Of a DNA stretch of 64,000 nt, positions 1-13,780 are shown piece by piece (the stretch's first letter is position 1; every line of letters starts with the position of its first letter). The notes below the pieces were generated by a model. That model searched no databases and was not told the DNA's origin. It worked only from the letters and a program-made list of their open reading frames with translations. The position numbers and the translations under genes are program-made. This DNA is from Chiloscyllium plagiosum. Its lineage: Eukaryota. The stretch is taken from assembly GCF_004010195.1 (NCBI RefSeq), contig NC_057718.1, positions 43,461,970-43,525,969 of the forward strand, given 5' to 3'.

Positions 1-879
1 CATCAGGTAGGGGACATTTCCACCCTACAATAACGATGTTGATGCAGAGACTGAGAGAGTATGTTTCAGCTTGTTAGTGACTTATTTTTCATTTATATAG
101 CTGGCACAGCAGGGGTAATTTAATTTGAGGTTAATCATCCATTCAGTAGCTTCAGCTGATGCTGTGTGAATGGTTGTGCTGCCACCAGAAATGGGCCTGT
201 CAGGGCGTAAAAGTTTACCCTGTGGGTGAGGGTCTGATTTGGAAAGCCCCAGTCTAAAATTAAACAATATCTCAAGTTCCACATGTGGAAGCAGTGACCT
301 CATTCTCCCCAGCCTGTCCTCAAGTGAGTAAGGATTATCTAGGTTTATTGTGTAAAGTTGAGACCTGTGACCTCACCATTCTGTTGATTTACCAGGTTCC
401 AGTTGGTGATATTCTCATTCACACATTGAGTTTCTGTTGCCAGTCTGTGGAATGCATTCCTGCAGGGACTATGGGACTTTAGACAGTGCGCAGGGTTTTT
501 TTTGAGGTCCTGTGTCAATGGCAGTGATTTGTGAGCTGTAGGCTAATGGTATTCTTTGAGGAGGATGCTTAACCCATGAAAATGACATTCAATATGTGCT
601 AGCTTAGAGAGCCATTCATACTTTGTTGATCTCAACATGCCAGAATTAACTCTCCAGGATTTCCAGAGGTGAATATCCATCACATTTGAATGTCAGCCCC
701 TGGGACAGGTTAAGGAACATTCCAAAAATAGAAATTACTGGAGAAACTCAGCAGGTCTGGCAGCATCTGATATTTCGCTTGCTGGTTGGTACACCAGGTT
801 GAATGAAGTAATGTAATGGCTCTGGTGCCCCAAATGGTATTGACCAGCTTCTACATGAGATTCACTGTCATCATGACAT

Positions 880-1620
880 TTTTTTTATTATAGGAAGAAA
901 GGAACATTTGACCTGGGAGCAGGAGTAGGTCATGTAATCCTTCAAGCCTGCTCTACCATTCAATAAAATCATGGCAGATCTTGTGTTTCCTATTCTGTCT
1001 GTACCCCATCATCTTGACTCTCTTGTCTATTAAAAATCAACTTAACTCAAATTTGAATAAATTCAGTATCCCAATTTCACCTGTTTTCTGGAAAGGAAAA
1101 TTGTACAGACTAATGACTTGTTCTGGTGTGTTGCTGGAAGGTCAATGTATAGACCAGAGTGATACCAATCTATTTTGGCATTGGGTTGTAAGTGAATGGT
1201 TGACCAGAGAATTGGATATGAAGTTTTTCTCTGGCCTTTGGGGATGCTAAGAACAAAGCTTGGCGGGAATGAAAGCTGTGAAACAGACATATTGGGTCTG
1301 CAAAGAGATGCAACAACATGGGTGGTAGATGGAATGTAACTGGGAAAGTCAAAAGTTACCCAATTTGGGAATAAGAATACCAAAGCAAAATATTTTACAT
1401 GGTGTAAACCTTCTATATGTTAATGTTCAGAGAAACTCATAAAAAGAAAGCAGATAGTAAGCATGCAGGAATGGTTGGGGTGGAAATGGGATGTTGGCCA
1501 TATTGCAAGGGGATTGTGTTACATAACTCATGATATTTTGCTACAATTGTATCCTCATTTAATGAGAACACAACTAGAATACTGTGAACAGTTTTGATCA
1601 CCAAATCTATGGAATAACTA
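880..1620. mobile_element. Old degraded CR1-type LINE fragments (minus-strand 3' end, then plus-strand RT C-terminal remnant)
   Basis: Minus-strand tail-like ggagcaggagtaggtcatgtaatccttcaagcctgctct, then decayed RT text (tggtagatggaatgtaactgggaaagt; ctagaatactgtgaacagttttgatcacca ~ LEYCxQFWSP). Confidence 0.6.
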
Positions 1621-1636
1621 CTTATATTTACTTATA

Positions 1637-2980
1637 ATCCTGAGGGACAGGATGTACATATATTTGGAAAGGCAAGGACTGATTAGGGATAGTCAACATG
1701 GCTTTGTGCATGGGAAATCATGTCTCACAAACTTGATTGAGTTTTTTGAAGAAGTAACAAAGAGGATTGATGAGGGCAGAGCAGTAGATGTGATCTATAT
1801 GGACTTCAGAAAGGCATTCGACAAGGTTCCCCACGGGAGACTGATTAGCAAGGTTAGATCTCATGGAATACAGGGAGAACTAGCCATTTGGACACAGAAC
1901 TGGCTCAAAGGTAGAAGACAGAGGGTGGTGGTGGAGGGTTGTTTTTCAGACTGGAGCCTGTGACCAGTGGGGTGCCACAAGGATCGGTGCTGGGTCCTCT
2001 ACTTTTTGTCCTTTATGTAAATGATTTGGATGCGAGCAGAAGAGGTACAGTTAGTAAGTTTGCAGATGACACCAAAATTGGAGGTGTAGTGGACAACAAA
2101 GAGGGTAACCTCAGATTACAACAGGATCTTGACCAGATGGGCCAATGGTCTGAGAAGTGGCAGATGGAGTTTAATTCAGATAAATGCAAGGTGCTGCATT
2201 TTGGGAAAACAAATCTTAGCCGGACTTATACACTTAATGGTAAGGTCCTAGGGAGTGTCGCTGAACAAAGAGACCTCGGAGTGCACGTTCATAGCTCCTT
2301 GAAAGTGGAGTAGCAGGTAGATAGGATAGTGAAGAAGGTGTTTGGTATGCTTTCCTTTATTAGTCAGAGTATTGAGTACAGGAGTTGGGGTCATGTTGTG
2401 GCTGTACAGGACATTGGTTAGGCCACTGTTGGAATATTGCGTGCAATTCTGGTCTCCTTCCTATCGGAAAGATGTTGTGAAACCTGAAAGGGTTCAGAAA
2501 AGATTTACAAGGATGTTGCCAGGGTTGGAGGATTTGAACTATCGAGAGGCTGAACAGGCTGTGGCTGTTTTCCCTGGAGTGTAGGAGGCTGAGGGGTGAT
2601 CTTATAGATGTTTACAAAATTATGAGGGGCATGGATAGGGTAAATAGGCAAAGTCTTTTCCCTGAGGTCGGGGAGTCCAGAACTAGAGGGAATAGGTTTA
2701 GGGTGAGAGGGGAAAGATATAAAAGAGACCAAAGGGGCAACTTTTTCACACGGAGGGTGGTACGGGTATGGAATGAGCTGCCAGAGGATGTGGTGGAGGC
2801 TGGTACAATTGCAATATTTAAGAGGCATTTGGATGGGTATTTGAATAGGAAGGGTTTGGAGGGATATGGGCTGGGTGCTGGCAGGTGGGACTAGATTGGG
2901 TTGGGATATCTGGTCGGCATGGACGGGTTGGAACGAAGGGTCTGTTTCCATGCTGTACATCTCTAAGACTCTATGACTCT
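1637..2980 (+). mobile_element. 5'-truncated CR1 LINE, ORF2 reverse transcriptase plus 3' UTR/tail
   Basis: Frameshifted ORFs give SQHGF..KSCLTNLIEFF, YMDFRKAFDKVPH, SGVPQGSVLGPLLF, KFADDTK, LEYCVQFWSP, RNFFT.RVVRVWNELP; ends in ctctaagactctatgactcta tail. Confidence 0.95.
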
Positions 2981-3279
2981 ATATCATATCTGTTTATACT
3001 GGAAGTTGCAGTAATCAAGAGGGCAGGACGCCGGAGAATCTCCTTCAAAATAGTGCCAAGTGTGTCATGTGACTCTGTATCAGACCTGACGTGAATCAAC
3101 ATTAAAAGGAAACTCCTCATTGAAAATTGTAGTGTGTATCATTTTAAAATCAGCTGCATAAAATTAGTTGGTGAGTAAGAATGGGACTATTTTTGTCACT
3201 AAATTGCCTACTGATGTAATGCACACCAGCAATAAAGTGTCAACAATCTACCAAGAAGACTTTTAACTCTGAGTGCTGG

Positions 3280-4245
3280 AAAGGTCATTTCCACATGACA
3301 AAACTTCCCAAAAACATGGCAGTGAAGAAACATGGCAGTGAAGCAAAAGGTCTGGAGCCCAGTTAAGCCTGGCCAGTAGTTGTTGAATCAAAATCTGCAC
3401 ACAGAATCTGATTTAGTTTTGTTTGCCTGCTACAAGCCTGGACACCCATGCTGTACCTATTGTCATAAAACTGCAAAGCAGTCACATATGCATTGGTTAG
3501 CATTTGAAAGAACTGTGTCTTTTTATTTTGGTGACTTTAAACTCTGTGGAGCGCAAGGAGTAAGTTCTGTCTTTTTCCTAAAACTAAAAGGCACTGGGAT
3601 TTACCAGGATGGTTGCGTGAATTTGTTTTTGCACCTCTGAGTTTCTCCAGTATGCAGATGATCAGGAGCCAAGGAGAAGTTTACAAGTAAAGCCGATTGA
3701 CTCTCAGCTAACTTGAAGTTTGGAAATGGGAATCAGTAACAGAAACAGACAAAGAGAGAGAGAGGGTGGGCTGTTCTGTTCTCTCCAGCAGAAGCTGCCT
3801 GTTCTCTGCAATGAAAATCTCAATTTAAACTTGAAGAAAACTCATTATCTTTCCTGAAGCAATTGCTGTGAGCTGTAATTTTTAAATTGATAAATTAGAG
3901 GCACTTTTCAAGTGAATCAGTTTCTCTGCAGCAATTACACACCAGTGGAATACTCCAGAGAAAGACAATGAACACCAAGGGCTTGGCAGACCAAACACAG
4001 AATGCCTGAACATCAGAATCAGGAAGCAAAAATCACTGAGCTGCTTTTCTAGGTTTCTATCTCTACAAAAATCTATTTTTCCTATTTGTTTGTTTGTCTG
4101 TACAAGTAAGGGTTGTACATAATGGGTTTGTCTGTACATAATGGGATTAGAGTTTCAGTTAGTATTGTTTTATGCCAATGGTACAATTCCAGGAATAGCA
4201 GGACTTGATGTATGGTGCTATACTCCATTATGTTGTAATAAATTG
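3280..4245 (+). mobile_element. Possible long solo-LTR-like repeat
   Basis: Non-coding, LTR-like composition, AATAAA near 4237, internal tandem aaacatggcagtgaag x2 (~3312-3343). Termini not resolved. Confidence 0.25.
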
Positions 4246-5740
4246 CATCTTCAACTCTCCCCCCCCCCACACCCCTGAATCTTTTTGCATTTTTTTAATG
4301 CTAATATCTTCTCCAATGTTTTCATGGGATAGTTTTGTACATTCTTGGGCTGTGGTCTCTACCTCTTCTGTTCTCAATAAGGTGAAACAACTGGCCTCGG
4401 TCTCATCTCTTTACAATCCAAAAAACAGCAGTTATGTCACTTCTTAGCTTTCTGCCTTTCAGTGAGGCCAGTCCCATCTTACATAAGTGCGGTTCATTAT
4501 CCAGTCCCTCTATTGCATCAGTCATTGTGGTCGCTTTCCCTTATCATTTCAATAGCATATCTCTTCTGTACTATGGGTATCAGAACAGTACAGTGTAATC
4601 TAAGTGTGTTCACATTACTGATTTATAAAGTCATCGGATTACATTACATTATTTTGGCTTAATGTTGATCTTATAATTCGTCTCAACAGCTGAAGTATTT
4701 TTCTCACTGAGAGCATTGTTGCGTTAGTTTCAAATTATTTTCAATTTAAATGCCCAGATCTCTTTCAATTTATTTGCACGTTATTTCCATTTTAGTGATA
4801 ATTCTTTCCTAGGTACTCTATCCCTTCTGAAAATTTTGCGTTTTTCTACAACATTAAATTGTCTCTGCTCCTTCCTAAGTTTATTGAAATCTCCTGTACA
4901 TTATGGTGCTCTGCTTTGACATGGAGTGCCACCATGAGTTTTGTATCAAGTGCAATAGTAGCAGTTGTGCCTGTGACTCTTTACGTCATGAAGATAGAAA
5001 ACAAAATAGGTTACAAAATACGCTATCCAGATGGTGCCAATCTGTGTTCTATCAGACTCTTGGTTCTTTAAATTCACCTATTGCATATCCATTGTAGAAT
5101 AGTTCCAGTAATTCTCATTAGCTGTATTTTCAGATCTGGCCTTTCATGACATACTATCTCAAATTCAAAACCCCCAGCTTCATGACCTCATTCTGATCAA
5201 GCTCCTTCTTTACCCCTTTAAATAAAATCATAAAGTTTAATTGATCATGTGCCCCCTCATTAAGCCATATTTATTATGTTTTATTATTTCAACTCTATCC
5301 AAATTCACCATGATCTTATCTTGAATAAGTTTTTTTTTAATGTACACATAATGGCTACAATTTCCTCAGGAACTATAGATACCTTTGTTTTAGGTATATT
5401 AGCTGCCTGCCTTCAGTCCCAGGTACCACATTAATATTCAGTGCCTTCAGGAAGATTTGAGCTAGAATTCTTACAATTTTCTCTCTTGCTACTACTTTAA
5501 GGATCCTTGGCTGTGTCTTATGTGGCTCCTGAGATTTATTTACCTTGAGTTAGGATAGTTGTTCTGCACCTATGCTGGTAATAATATAAATCATGTCTAA
5601 CATTACATCAGTGAAACACTCATTTCCTCTTGAGATGAAATATCTTAGCTGACTGCTTGTTGTTAAAAATGGAGGCAAAAAATCTTAATTAACATATTTG
5701 CAGCCCCATGTTTCATAGGTTCACACTCAGTTATGCTTTT
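4245..5740 (-). mobile_element. Highly decayed CR1/L2-type LINE RT remnant
   Basis: Plus strand shows reverse-complement LINE signatures: aatgcccagatctctttc, gagttttgtatcaagtgcaa (rc ~FADD region), atcagaacagtacagtgtaatctaagtgtg (rc ~LxYCxxFW). Confidence 0.5.
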
Positions 5741-5990
5741 AGTGGCTGATACATGGTGAGTTCCAGTGACCTATACTGATGACCCCCCAGAGGTGGATAT
5801 AGCTGAGCTGTTGGGGAATATGCATGAATCCTGTGACAGTGCATCCTCAGAGGGAGTGACTCCTTTTGAGGTGTCTTTGCCCTTCTCTGACATAATCTCT
5901 TGAAGAATGCCAGAAAGACCTAGACAATATGAATTACAACTGACAAGGTGAAAAGATTCGAAGACATTCTTGTGCAGATCATATTTCAAT

Positions 5991-6310
5991 TCATAGAGTC
6001 TATGGAATAAAACCCTTTGGTCCAATTTGTCTGTGCCAACCAGACATTCCAATCTGACCTAGTCCCATTTGGTCCATATCCCAGAAACCCTCCTTATTCA
6101 TGTACCCATTCAGGTGCCTTTTAAATGTTCTAATAGCAGCCACTTCTTCTGACAGCTTGTTCTATATGTGCACCACTTGTTACCCCTCATGTCCTTTTTA
6201 AATCTATCTCCTCTCATCCAAACTAATGCCATCTAGTTTTGGACTCCCCCACCGCAGGAGAAAGACCTTGGCTATTCACCCTTTCTATACCCCCCATGAT
6301 TGTATAAACG
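5991..6310 (-). mobile_element. CR1 LINE 3' end fragment
   Basis: Reverse complement matches the 2640-2980 end of the plus-strand CR1 (tcatagagtc...gacctagtcccattt...ctagttttggactcccc). Confidence 0.85.
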
Positions 6311-7297
6311 TAAAGTGAACATGAATATTATAAATCACTGGCTATGTTATTTAATTCTGCCACTGGGTAACTGGGCACTCCCAATTCCCTATTTCCTGAG
6401 GTGTTACGTCCCAGCTTATCACCGTTGCCACCATCTCTGCAACTGCTGAGGTGGAGACGAATGCAGAGCCATCTCAAATTCACTCCTTTCTCCCTGGTGT
6501 TTTCCGCTGTCCTTTTCCTGCAAGGAAGGAAGACACCAATGTGTGTGAGCTGTGGATTGTTTTTAGGAGATTGAAGGATCACACTTGTGGAGGACCACCA
6601 AGGGATTGCTGTAGGATTGGTATGAGCAACAGCACTATTCTGTCAGATGCAGATATGGCAAGGTGCCTGAAAGGACAGGGCTAGGTTTACCCATAAAGCT
6701 TACTAATATGAGGAGTGATGTGTTGGAGAATGTTGGAGATGGCAGACCCTAGGAGGTTTGTACTCAAAAGAATTGTGCAACTTGGTTTTCCTGCCAGGTC
6801 AGGTCATTACACCCACTATGTGGCACTAAAAGAGCCACATTCATAGTTCTGGCCTGCTCTGTAACTTTCAGTCATATATGATAGTTTTCTAAGATTGCCA
6901 AGTACAAAGAAATCATGTCCACTCAACTCTGACAAATAATTTAAAAATTGCCAGTTGTCTGAAGAAGTTTCAAATAATATACACATGTCCATGTACACAG
7001 CAATAATAAAATTGGTCAGATATATTGAATTGTAAGGCATTCTGAAGTATGCACAAGTTAGATTCTTGTCGTGGATTTAATTTGATACTAATTAATTTGA
7101 ATTAGGTATTTAGGTTTCAAATATAAAGTTCTCTGATCTGTGGGCACACTTTCCCCACCTTGCTGTCTCTTAACTAACAGAGAAAACAGCCTTTTCTCTT
7201 GGCAGATCACAGCAGCCATTGTTCTGTCTATTTATCTGTCTATTTCATATTCTAATTCATACTTGTACAAAGTAACTAATTAACTAACTAAGCAGAG

Positions 7298-8256
7298 ATG
7301 GCTGGGCAGGTGATATGTTGTTGCTGTATGATGTGGGAGCTGGCTGATCCCATTGTGAACGGCAGTGACCACATCTGCAGCAAGTGTTGGTTGCTGGAAG
7401 AACTCCGGATCAGAGTTGATGATCTGGAATCTGAGCTTCAAACACTGCGGCACATCCGGGAGGGGGAGAGTTACCTGGATGCTTTGTTTCAGGAGGCAGT
7501 CACACCTGGGAGATTAAGTAATTCACATTCAGCTAGTGATCAGGCACAAAAGAGTGTGACTGTAAGTGAGGCAGGTAGGGGGAACCGGAGTTCAGGAGTG
7601 GAGGAGCCTCAGCCCTTGACCTTGTCCAACAGGTACGAGATTCTTGCTCCCTGTTCGGATGAGGAAAAGGGCTCTGGACAGGATGAGCCAACTGACCAAG
7701 GCACCATGGTCCAGAAGGCCAATCAAGAGGGGGGAGCTAATAGACAAGTAGTGGTTATAGGGGATTCTATAATTAGGGGGACAGATAGTATCCTTTGCAA
7801 GCCGGATCGGGAGTCTCGCATGGTGTGTTGCCTGCCCGGTGCCAGGGTACGAGACATCTCCGACCGTCTTGAAAGGATATTGGAGCGGGAGGGGGAGGAT
7901 CCAGTTGTTGTGGTCCACGTTGGTACCAACAACTTAGGCAAGACTAGGGTGGGGACCTGTTTGGGCATTACGAAACACTAGGCAGGAAATTGAAGCACAG
8001 GTCCTCAAGGGTCATGATCTCTGGATTACTGCCCGAGCCACGTGCCAATTGGCATAGGGACAAGAAAATTAGGCAAGTAAACACGTGGCTAAGGGATTGG
8101 TGTGGGAAAGAGGGATTCCACTTCATGGGGCATTGGCATCAGTTTTGGAACAGGGGGGATCTGTACCGTTGGGACGGTCTCCACCTGAACCGATCAGGTA
8201 CCAATGTTCTAGCGAAGAGGATAAATAGGGTGGTCAGTAGGACTTTAAACTTCTGA
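7298..8256 (+). mobile_element. CR1 LINE ORF1: zinc finger/leucine zipper plus SGNH/GDSL esterase, one frameshift near 7960-7990
   Basis: CxxC...CxxC followed by LEELRIRVDDLESELQTL; esterase blocks VVVIGDSIIRG, VVVHVGTNN and WDGLHLN, the known CR1 ORF1 architecture. Confidence 0.92.
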
Positions 8257-8424
8257 GTTGGGGGGAAGGGAAAGTGAAAGCGACAGGGAGTATGGAGGTA
8301 AATGGCAAGATAAGCAGCAGGATAACATGTTTCCAGGCGGATTTAAAATTGAGGCAGACTGAGAATACAGTAAAAAGCAAGGATAACTTAGGACATATGA
8401 CTTCCAACATCTCTAATGATAAGG

Positions 8425-8663
8425 AAGTTAGCATTAAGGCACTTTACCAGAATGCTCGTAGCATTCATAACAAAGCCGATGAACTAATGGCACAGATAAT
8501 AGTGAATGATTATGATGTAGTAGGCATCACAGAGACTTGGTTACAGGGGGGTCAGGACTGGCAGTTAAACCTCCATGGTCTTTCAACTTATCGAAAAGAC
8601 AGAGAGGTGGGCAGAGGGGGTGGGGTTGCCTTGTTAGTTAAGAACAAAATTAAATCTATGGTA
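8425..8663 (+). mobile_element. CR1 ORF2 N-terminal APE endonuclease fragment, truncated
   Basis: LYQNARSIHNK..EL...DYDVVGITETWL...YRKDREVGRGGGVALLVK, then an abrupt break into a CT-rich tract. Confidence 0.9.
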
Positions 8664-8666
8664 TTG

Positions 8667-8762
8667 CTCTCTCTCGCCCCCATCTCTCTCTCTCTCTCTC
8701 TCTTCCTGCCCACTGTTTCCCCTCTCTCTCTTGCCCCCAACTGCTTCTCTTTACCCCTTTCC
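8667..8762. repeat. CT-rich simple repeat
   Basis: (CT)n runs visible directly. Confidence 0.8.
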
Positions 8763-9209
8763 CTGCACACAAAAACAAACATGCCTAAATCATCAAAGAC
8801 TGCATAATTTCAGTGCTAATCTTGGGTGTTACTGAGCATAATGATCATTTCATCAGTTTCATCGTCCTTAGGCAAGCACCTGCAATCATGGTGGGTCTTG
8901 CACTTTTGTCAGTAGCCCACAACTGAAATAAAATTTGAGTGTTTGGTAATTAAAAATTTTGGTTAAAACTATCCTGAAGCAAGTGCTGATGTGATAATCC
9001 TATCAAACAGATTTATTTTCAGGGGAGCACAATTACTGCCTGGAACTTGCACTGGCTTTCCACTGAGCCTTTTAATAAGATTTGTATTTGAATTATTCAT
9101 AGTTTTAAACTGAGTACTAACAGCTCTTTCGAATTTGATTTAAGCTTCTCAGGTTCTTTTTGCAGAATTTTTGCAATTGGAGTAATTGTGATTTACCTAA
9201 CTCATCACC

Positions 9210-10150
9210 TACCTCGATACTGTCCGATCCCCCCAGCCCAGGAACATACATTTGGGACACCACCCACGCCCTCCATCACCTCCAAGACTTATGTTTCCCT
9301 GGCCCCCAACACCTCATCTTCACCATCCCTATATACCTCCATTTCCAAACTCTCAATTTCTTCCTCTTCTGACGTCCCCACCAGTACCCTTCCACTAACA
9401 CACTCATTCGTTTGGCTGAACTGATCCCCACCCTCAATAATTTCTCCTTTGAATTCTCCCACTTCCTCCAGACAAAAGGGGTAGCCATGGGCACCCACAT
9501 GGGCCCCAGCTATGCCTGTCCCTTTGTCGATTATGTGGAACAGTCTATCTTCAGTAGTTACACAGGCACCATTCCTCCTTTTCCTCTGCTACATCCATCA
9601 CTATATCGGCACCACCTCATGCTCCTACAAGGAGGTTGAACAGTTCATCAACTGCCTTAAAACACATTCCACCCCAACCTTAAATTCATCTGGACAATCT
9701 CAGACATCTCCCTCCCCTTCCTGGACCTCTCCATCTCCATCAACGGTGACCAACTCAACACTGACATCTACAAACCTATTTACTCTCACAGGTACCTGGA
9801 CTATACCTCCTCCAACCCTGCCTCCTGTAAAAATATCCCTTATTCCCAATTACTCCACCTCTGCCACATATGCTCCCGGGGGACCAGTTTCACCACAGAA
9901 CACACCAGATGACCTCCTCCTTTGAAGACCACAGTGTCCCCTCCCATGTGGTCGATGATGCCCTTCAGCGTATCTCATCCACTTCCCCCCACGAATTCCA
10001 CCCCAACAGCCGTAACAAGGACAGAACCCTTCTCTTCCCCGAAGAGCTTTTGCCCGAAGGTCGACTCTCCTGCTTCTCGGATGCTGCCTGACTTGCTGCG
10101 CTTTTCCAGCACCACACACTAATGTCCAACATCTGCAGTCCTCACTTTTG
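9210..10150 (+). mobile_element. Degraded Penelope-like element RT fragment plus terminal repeat remnant
   Basis: LAELIPTLNNFSF..SHFLQTKGVAMGTHMGPSYAC, LPFLDLSISI, YLDY motifs; 3' gaagagcttttgcccgaaggtcgac...gatgctgcctgacttgctgcgcttttccagca. Confidence 0.85.
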
Positions 10151-10979
10151 CGCAGTTGTGCTTTCGTCCATTACTGCATTGGATTCATATAGAGCCCCAG
10201 AAGCAGAAAGAGGGCATGGCATCCTTGTGTACCACACAGTTGTAGGGTAAGAATAATGTACTCTGCCATTAACTGGCATTTTTAGTGGGTGTTTTTATAT
10301 TGCTGTATTGGTAGTGGTAAGACTTGTACTTAATTTATAAGTTATAGATGATTAGTAATCAGGGTGATGAGCAATAATATATCACTACATGATACTGAAT
10401 GGATGGAACAGTGTCTTAAATCTGTGAGTTCCCAACTTCTAGGAAGTAGATGTCAGAGGCTTCTCTGTTTGAATGTATTTTAGGCCCATTTAGGTTCATT
10501 GAGAGAAGTACAGACAAAAACATTGGTGCATGTCAAGCACTTGTCCTCAACTTGCAGGAAGAGTAAGTATAAAGTGCAGTGAGGAACATAGAACAGAACA
10601 GCACAGTACTGGTCCTTCAGCCCTCAATGTTGTGCTGATCTGTAATCTTTCTCTAAGATCAAACTAACCAACGTTTTACTATCATCCAGAATCGGTGAAG
10701 TTGAGGGCTACGAGGTGGTATTATCAAAGATGAATTACCACCTGGGGCAGATCAGCCATGTTCATAAAGAATGGTGGGACAGGCTTGATCGGCTCAATGG
10801 CTGACTCCTCCTCTTTCTTTTGCTCTTATGTGCAATAATAACATACGTCTTGCTGCCAAATTCATTTTTTAAAGTTCCAAAGAGAATTCAATTCCAATCT
10901 CTATATCCTCACAGTAATTCACAGAATCATTGAATCACTACAGTGTGGAAACAGGCCACTCGGCCCAGCAAGTCCGCAT

Positions 10980-11643
10980 TGATTAAGAAAGCGAATGCAA
11001 TGTTGTCTCTTATCTCAAGAGGGTTGGAATATAAAAGCAGAGATGTACTACTAAGACTTTATAAAGCTCTGGTTAGGCCCCATTTGGAGTACTTTGTCCA
11101 GTTTTGGTCCCCACACCTCAGGAAGGACATACTGGCACTGGAACGTGTCCAGCGGCGATTCACACGGATGATCCCTGGAATGACAGGTCTAACATATGAG
11201 GTACGGCTGAGGATACTGGGATTGTATTCTTTGGAGTTTAGAAGATTAAGGGGAGATTGAATATAGACGTACAAAATAATACATGGCTTGGAAAAGGTGG
11301 ATGCTAGGAAATTGTTTCCGTTAGACGAGGAGACTAGGACCCGTGGACACAGCCTTAGAATTAGAGGGGGTCATTTCAGAACAGAAATGCGGAGACATTT
11401 CTTCAGCCAGAGAGTGGTGGGCCTGTGGAATTCATTGCCACGGAGTGCAGTGGAAGCCGGGACGCTAAATGTCTTCAAGGCCGAGATTGATAGATTCTTG
11501 TTGTCTAGAGGAATTAAGGGCTACGGGGAGAACGCTGGTAAGTGGAGCTGAAATGCGCATCAGCCATGATTGAATGGCGGAGTGGACTCGATGGGCCGAA
11601 TGGCCTTACTTCCACTCCTATGTCTTATGGTCTTATGGTCTTA
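10980..11643 (+). mobile_element. Young 5'-truncated CR1 3' end
   Basis: KKANAML..I.RGLEYKS, LYKALVRPHLEY.VQFWSP, RHFFSQRVVGLWNSLP; CpGs retained; tail tatgtcttatggtcttatggtctt. Confidence 0.95.
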
Positions 11644-12429
11644 TTTCTCTGTGATACTATTCAAACTCTCTGAGGCAAAATGTCTGCAATAACATGAACA
11701 TCTCTTCTGTCTTTTTCTGAGTGTTAAACCTATCATGTGCATTTCAATAACACATGACCTACCCCTCAGCACCCCCTCCCCAGTCTGCTTGGTAATCAGT
11801 CCATGTAGGCTTGCTGTTGTCAGCAGATCACACATTAACAATTCCAGTTTACCTTAAAGATCTAGTTGTAAAAATAATCATCCTATAAGACCTCATACGT
11901 ATGAATAAGGACATTCCTAAGTCTCTACCAAGCCCTTGAGCATCTCATGCTGAAGCTTATGCTACCTTACCAATGATTTCAGAGGCACATCATCAGCTGA
12001 GGGCTCAGCATGGCCAGGTTGTCTCACACTTTTCCAAGTGTATGTGCTTGACTCTCACATCTTCTGAAATCTGCTCAGGAGCATGTGTCATGTGCTTATC
12101 AGGCTGGGACCCCAAATCCAAATGCAAATACTGATCAATGTCAGTGTATCTGCATTGGTCAAGGGTACAAGGGAGTAATGGGATGGTGAACCCTCTGAGG
12201 CAATCTCCTCATGTCCAGATGTGGACAGACCTTTGTCCTGTTGTTGACCTGCAGACAATAGTCTGGTGCAGGAGGGGTGACCATGCCTCTGAAAGGATGT
12301 GCTGTTGTCTGACCCCCTCCTCCATACCTGTTTGCCTGGCTGGCTGGACCTTTCCTTCAACCTCACCAAGAAATTGCTACATGTAAGCTGATAAGGGAGG
12401 TGAGGTGTCAGATACATACTGTGGCTCAT

Positions 12430-12615
12430 AAACAAGGTCATGAACTTAAACATGGCTTCGCAACCAAGTGCCACAATTACCCATTACTGTTGATCTCTTC
12501 TGCAACACTATCCCAGTTTGTTTGATCTGCTGGTCTGGTCTTTTCATGGTGTTGCTGTTTTTCTGAAGCAGCTGGGAAGAGATTCAGTAGCAAGGTATCA
12601 TTTCCCTCTGCCATG
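12430..12615 (-). mobile_element. Harbinger-type Myb/SANT-like ORF remnant
   Basis: Minus-strand hand translation gives WDSVAEEINSNG, then after a shift GTWLRSHV*VHDL, resembling the W..IA..VN...RTW.QCRKKF.DL Myb/SANT motif. Confidence 0.45.
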
Positions 12616-13735
12616 TTTCAGACATCTTCTTCCTCAGTCTTTTAGTGGGATTGCTATTGATGAGAGCAGAGTATACAAGGCAGCAGGCCCATTGGAAAGC
12701 AGCAGGTGTACTTCAGGTACCAACAACACTAAAGCAACAGGTTTACTCCATATACCAGTGACAAAGAGGCATTAGCCACATTGAAAGAATGCTAGCTGTC
12801 CTTTAAAGATAGCATCACTATCTCTAGCAGGATCACTTAATGGTACATTCCCAACTGGTGTGATCTCCTCCACCCACCTGCTAAGTGTTAATTTCCATGC
12901 CGACTTAAGATTGTTCCTTCCTGAGTGCTCACTTTGTGTAAGTCACAGCAGTACCTAATTTTGATCTTGATGGCAAGATGTCAGGCTCATTAGCAATATG
13001 CAACCCCTTTTATTAAGTCATGAAGGCAGAAGACTATGAACCTTTGCAATGATTTGTATTGAATGACTGTGAAATTATGAATATTAGGAAGTGTAAATTG
13101 GAATGGGTGAGTTCAATTTCAAACCAGATACAGAAGCAGAAATAAAGGTAATAAGATTGGATTAAGGTAAGCTAAAAGAGAAAGGAAAAAAAAATTGAAA
13201 TACATTTGTAAAGTTAAAATGTTGCATTTTCTAACTCTCCGTAGACAATTAAAACCTGAAAGAATGCGACTCCACACCAGTAAAAAGTAACTTTCCATGC
13301 CAGTATCCAGGTAATGGTTATCACGTCTTTGACAGGGTACTCAAATGTGAAATGATTTAACTTTCAGTATAACATACATCACGTTGGTGAACTCTGGTAC
13401 AATGAGAAGCTGGCAGTGGATTGGGCATAACTTGGATTGCAAATTTTGAATTTTTGAGCTTAACCATGCATTTGTCACTCACTTGTATAATTTGTGTGTA
13501 AATACTGGCAAATGCCATTGGCCTCATCTTTACTGGAAATCATGGGCCAATACTGTATATTGTTATTCTATTTAATTTTATTCATTATGTTATGAACTCT
13601 GCAGTAATACTCATCCTTTAAAGAGGAGTGTTTACAAGAAATATCTCTTATTCGAACAAAGATTAGATCTATATCACTGTCTAATCTATTATGAGCTTGT
13701 GCTTATGTCTTTGTTCATTTAATTTTTTTTCCCAG

Positions 13736-13780
13736 AAGAAGCATAACATTTTTCTTATTCTAAACTCCTTTGGCAGGAAG
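13736..13780 (+). CDS. Candidate 45-nt coding exon (KKHNIFLILNSFGRK) of an unidentified host gene
   Basis: Strong acceptor ttcatttaattttttttcccag, donor AAG|gtaaca, open only in phase 0, unique AT-rich flanks. Confidence 0.35.

Noticed and set aside
2505..2960. 151-aa minus-strand ORF and similar antisense ORFs
   Set aside because: Antisense shadow frames of CR1 or Penelope coding sequence.
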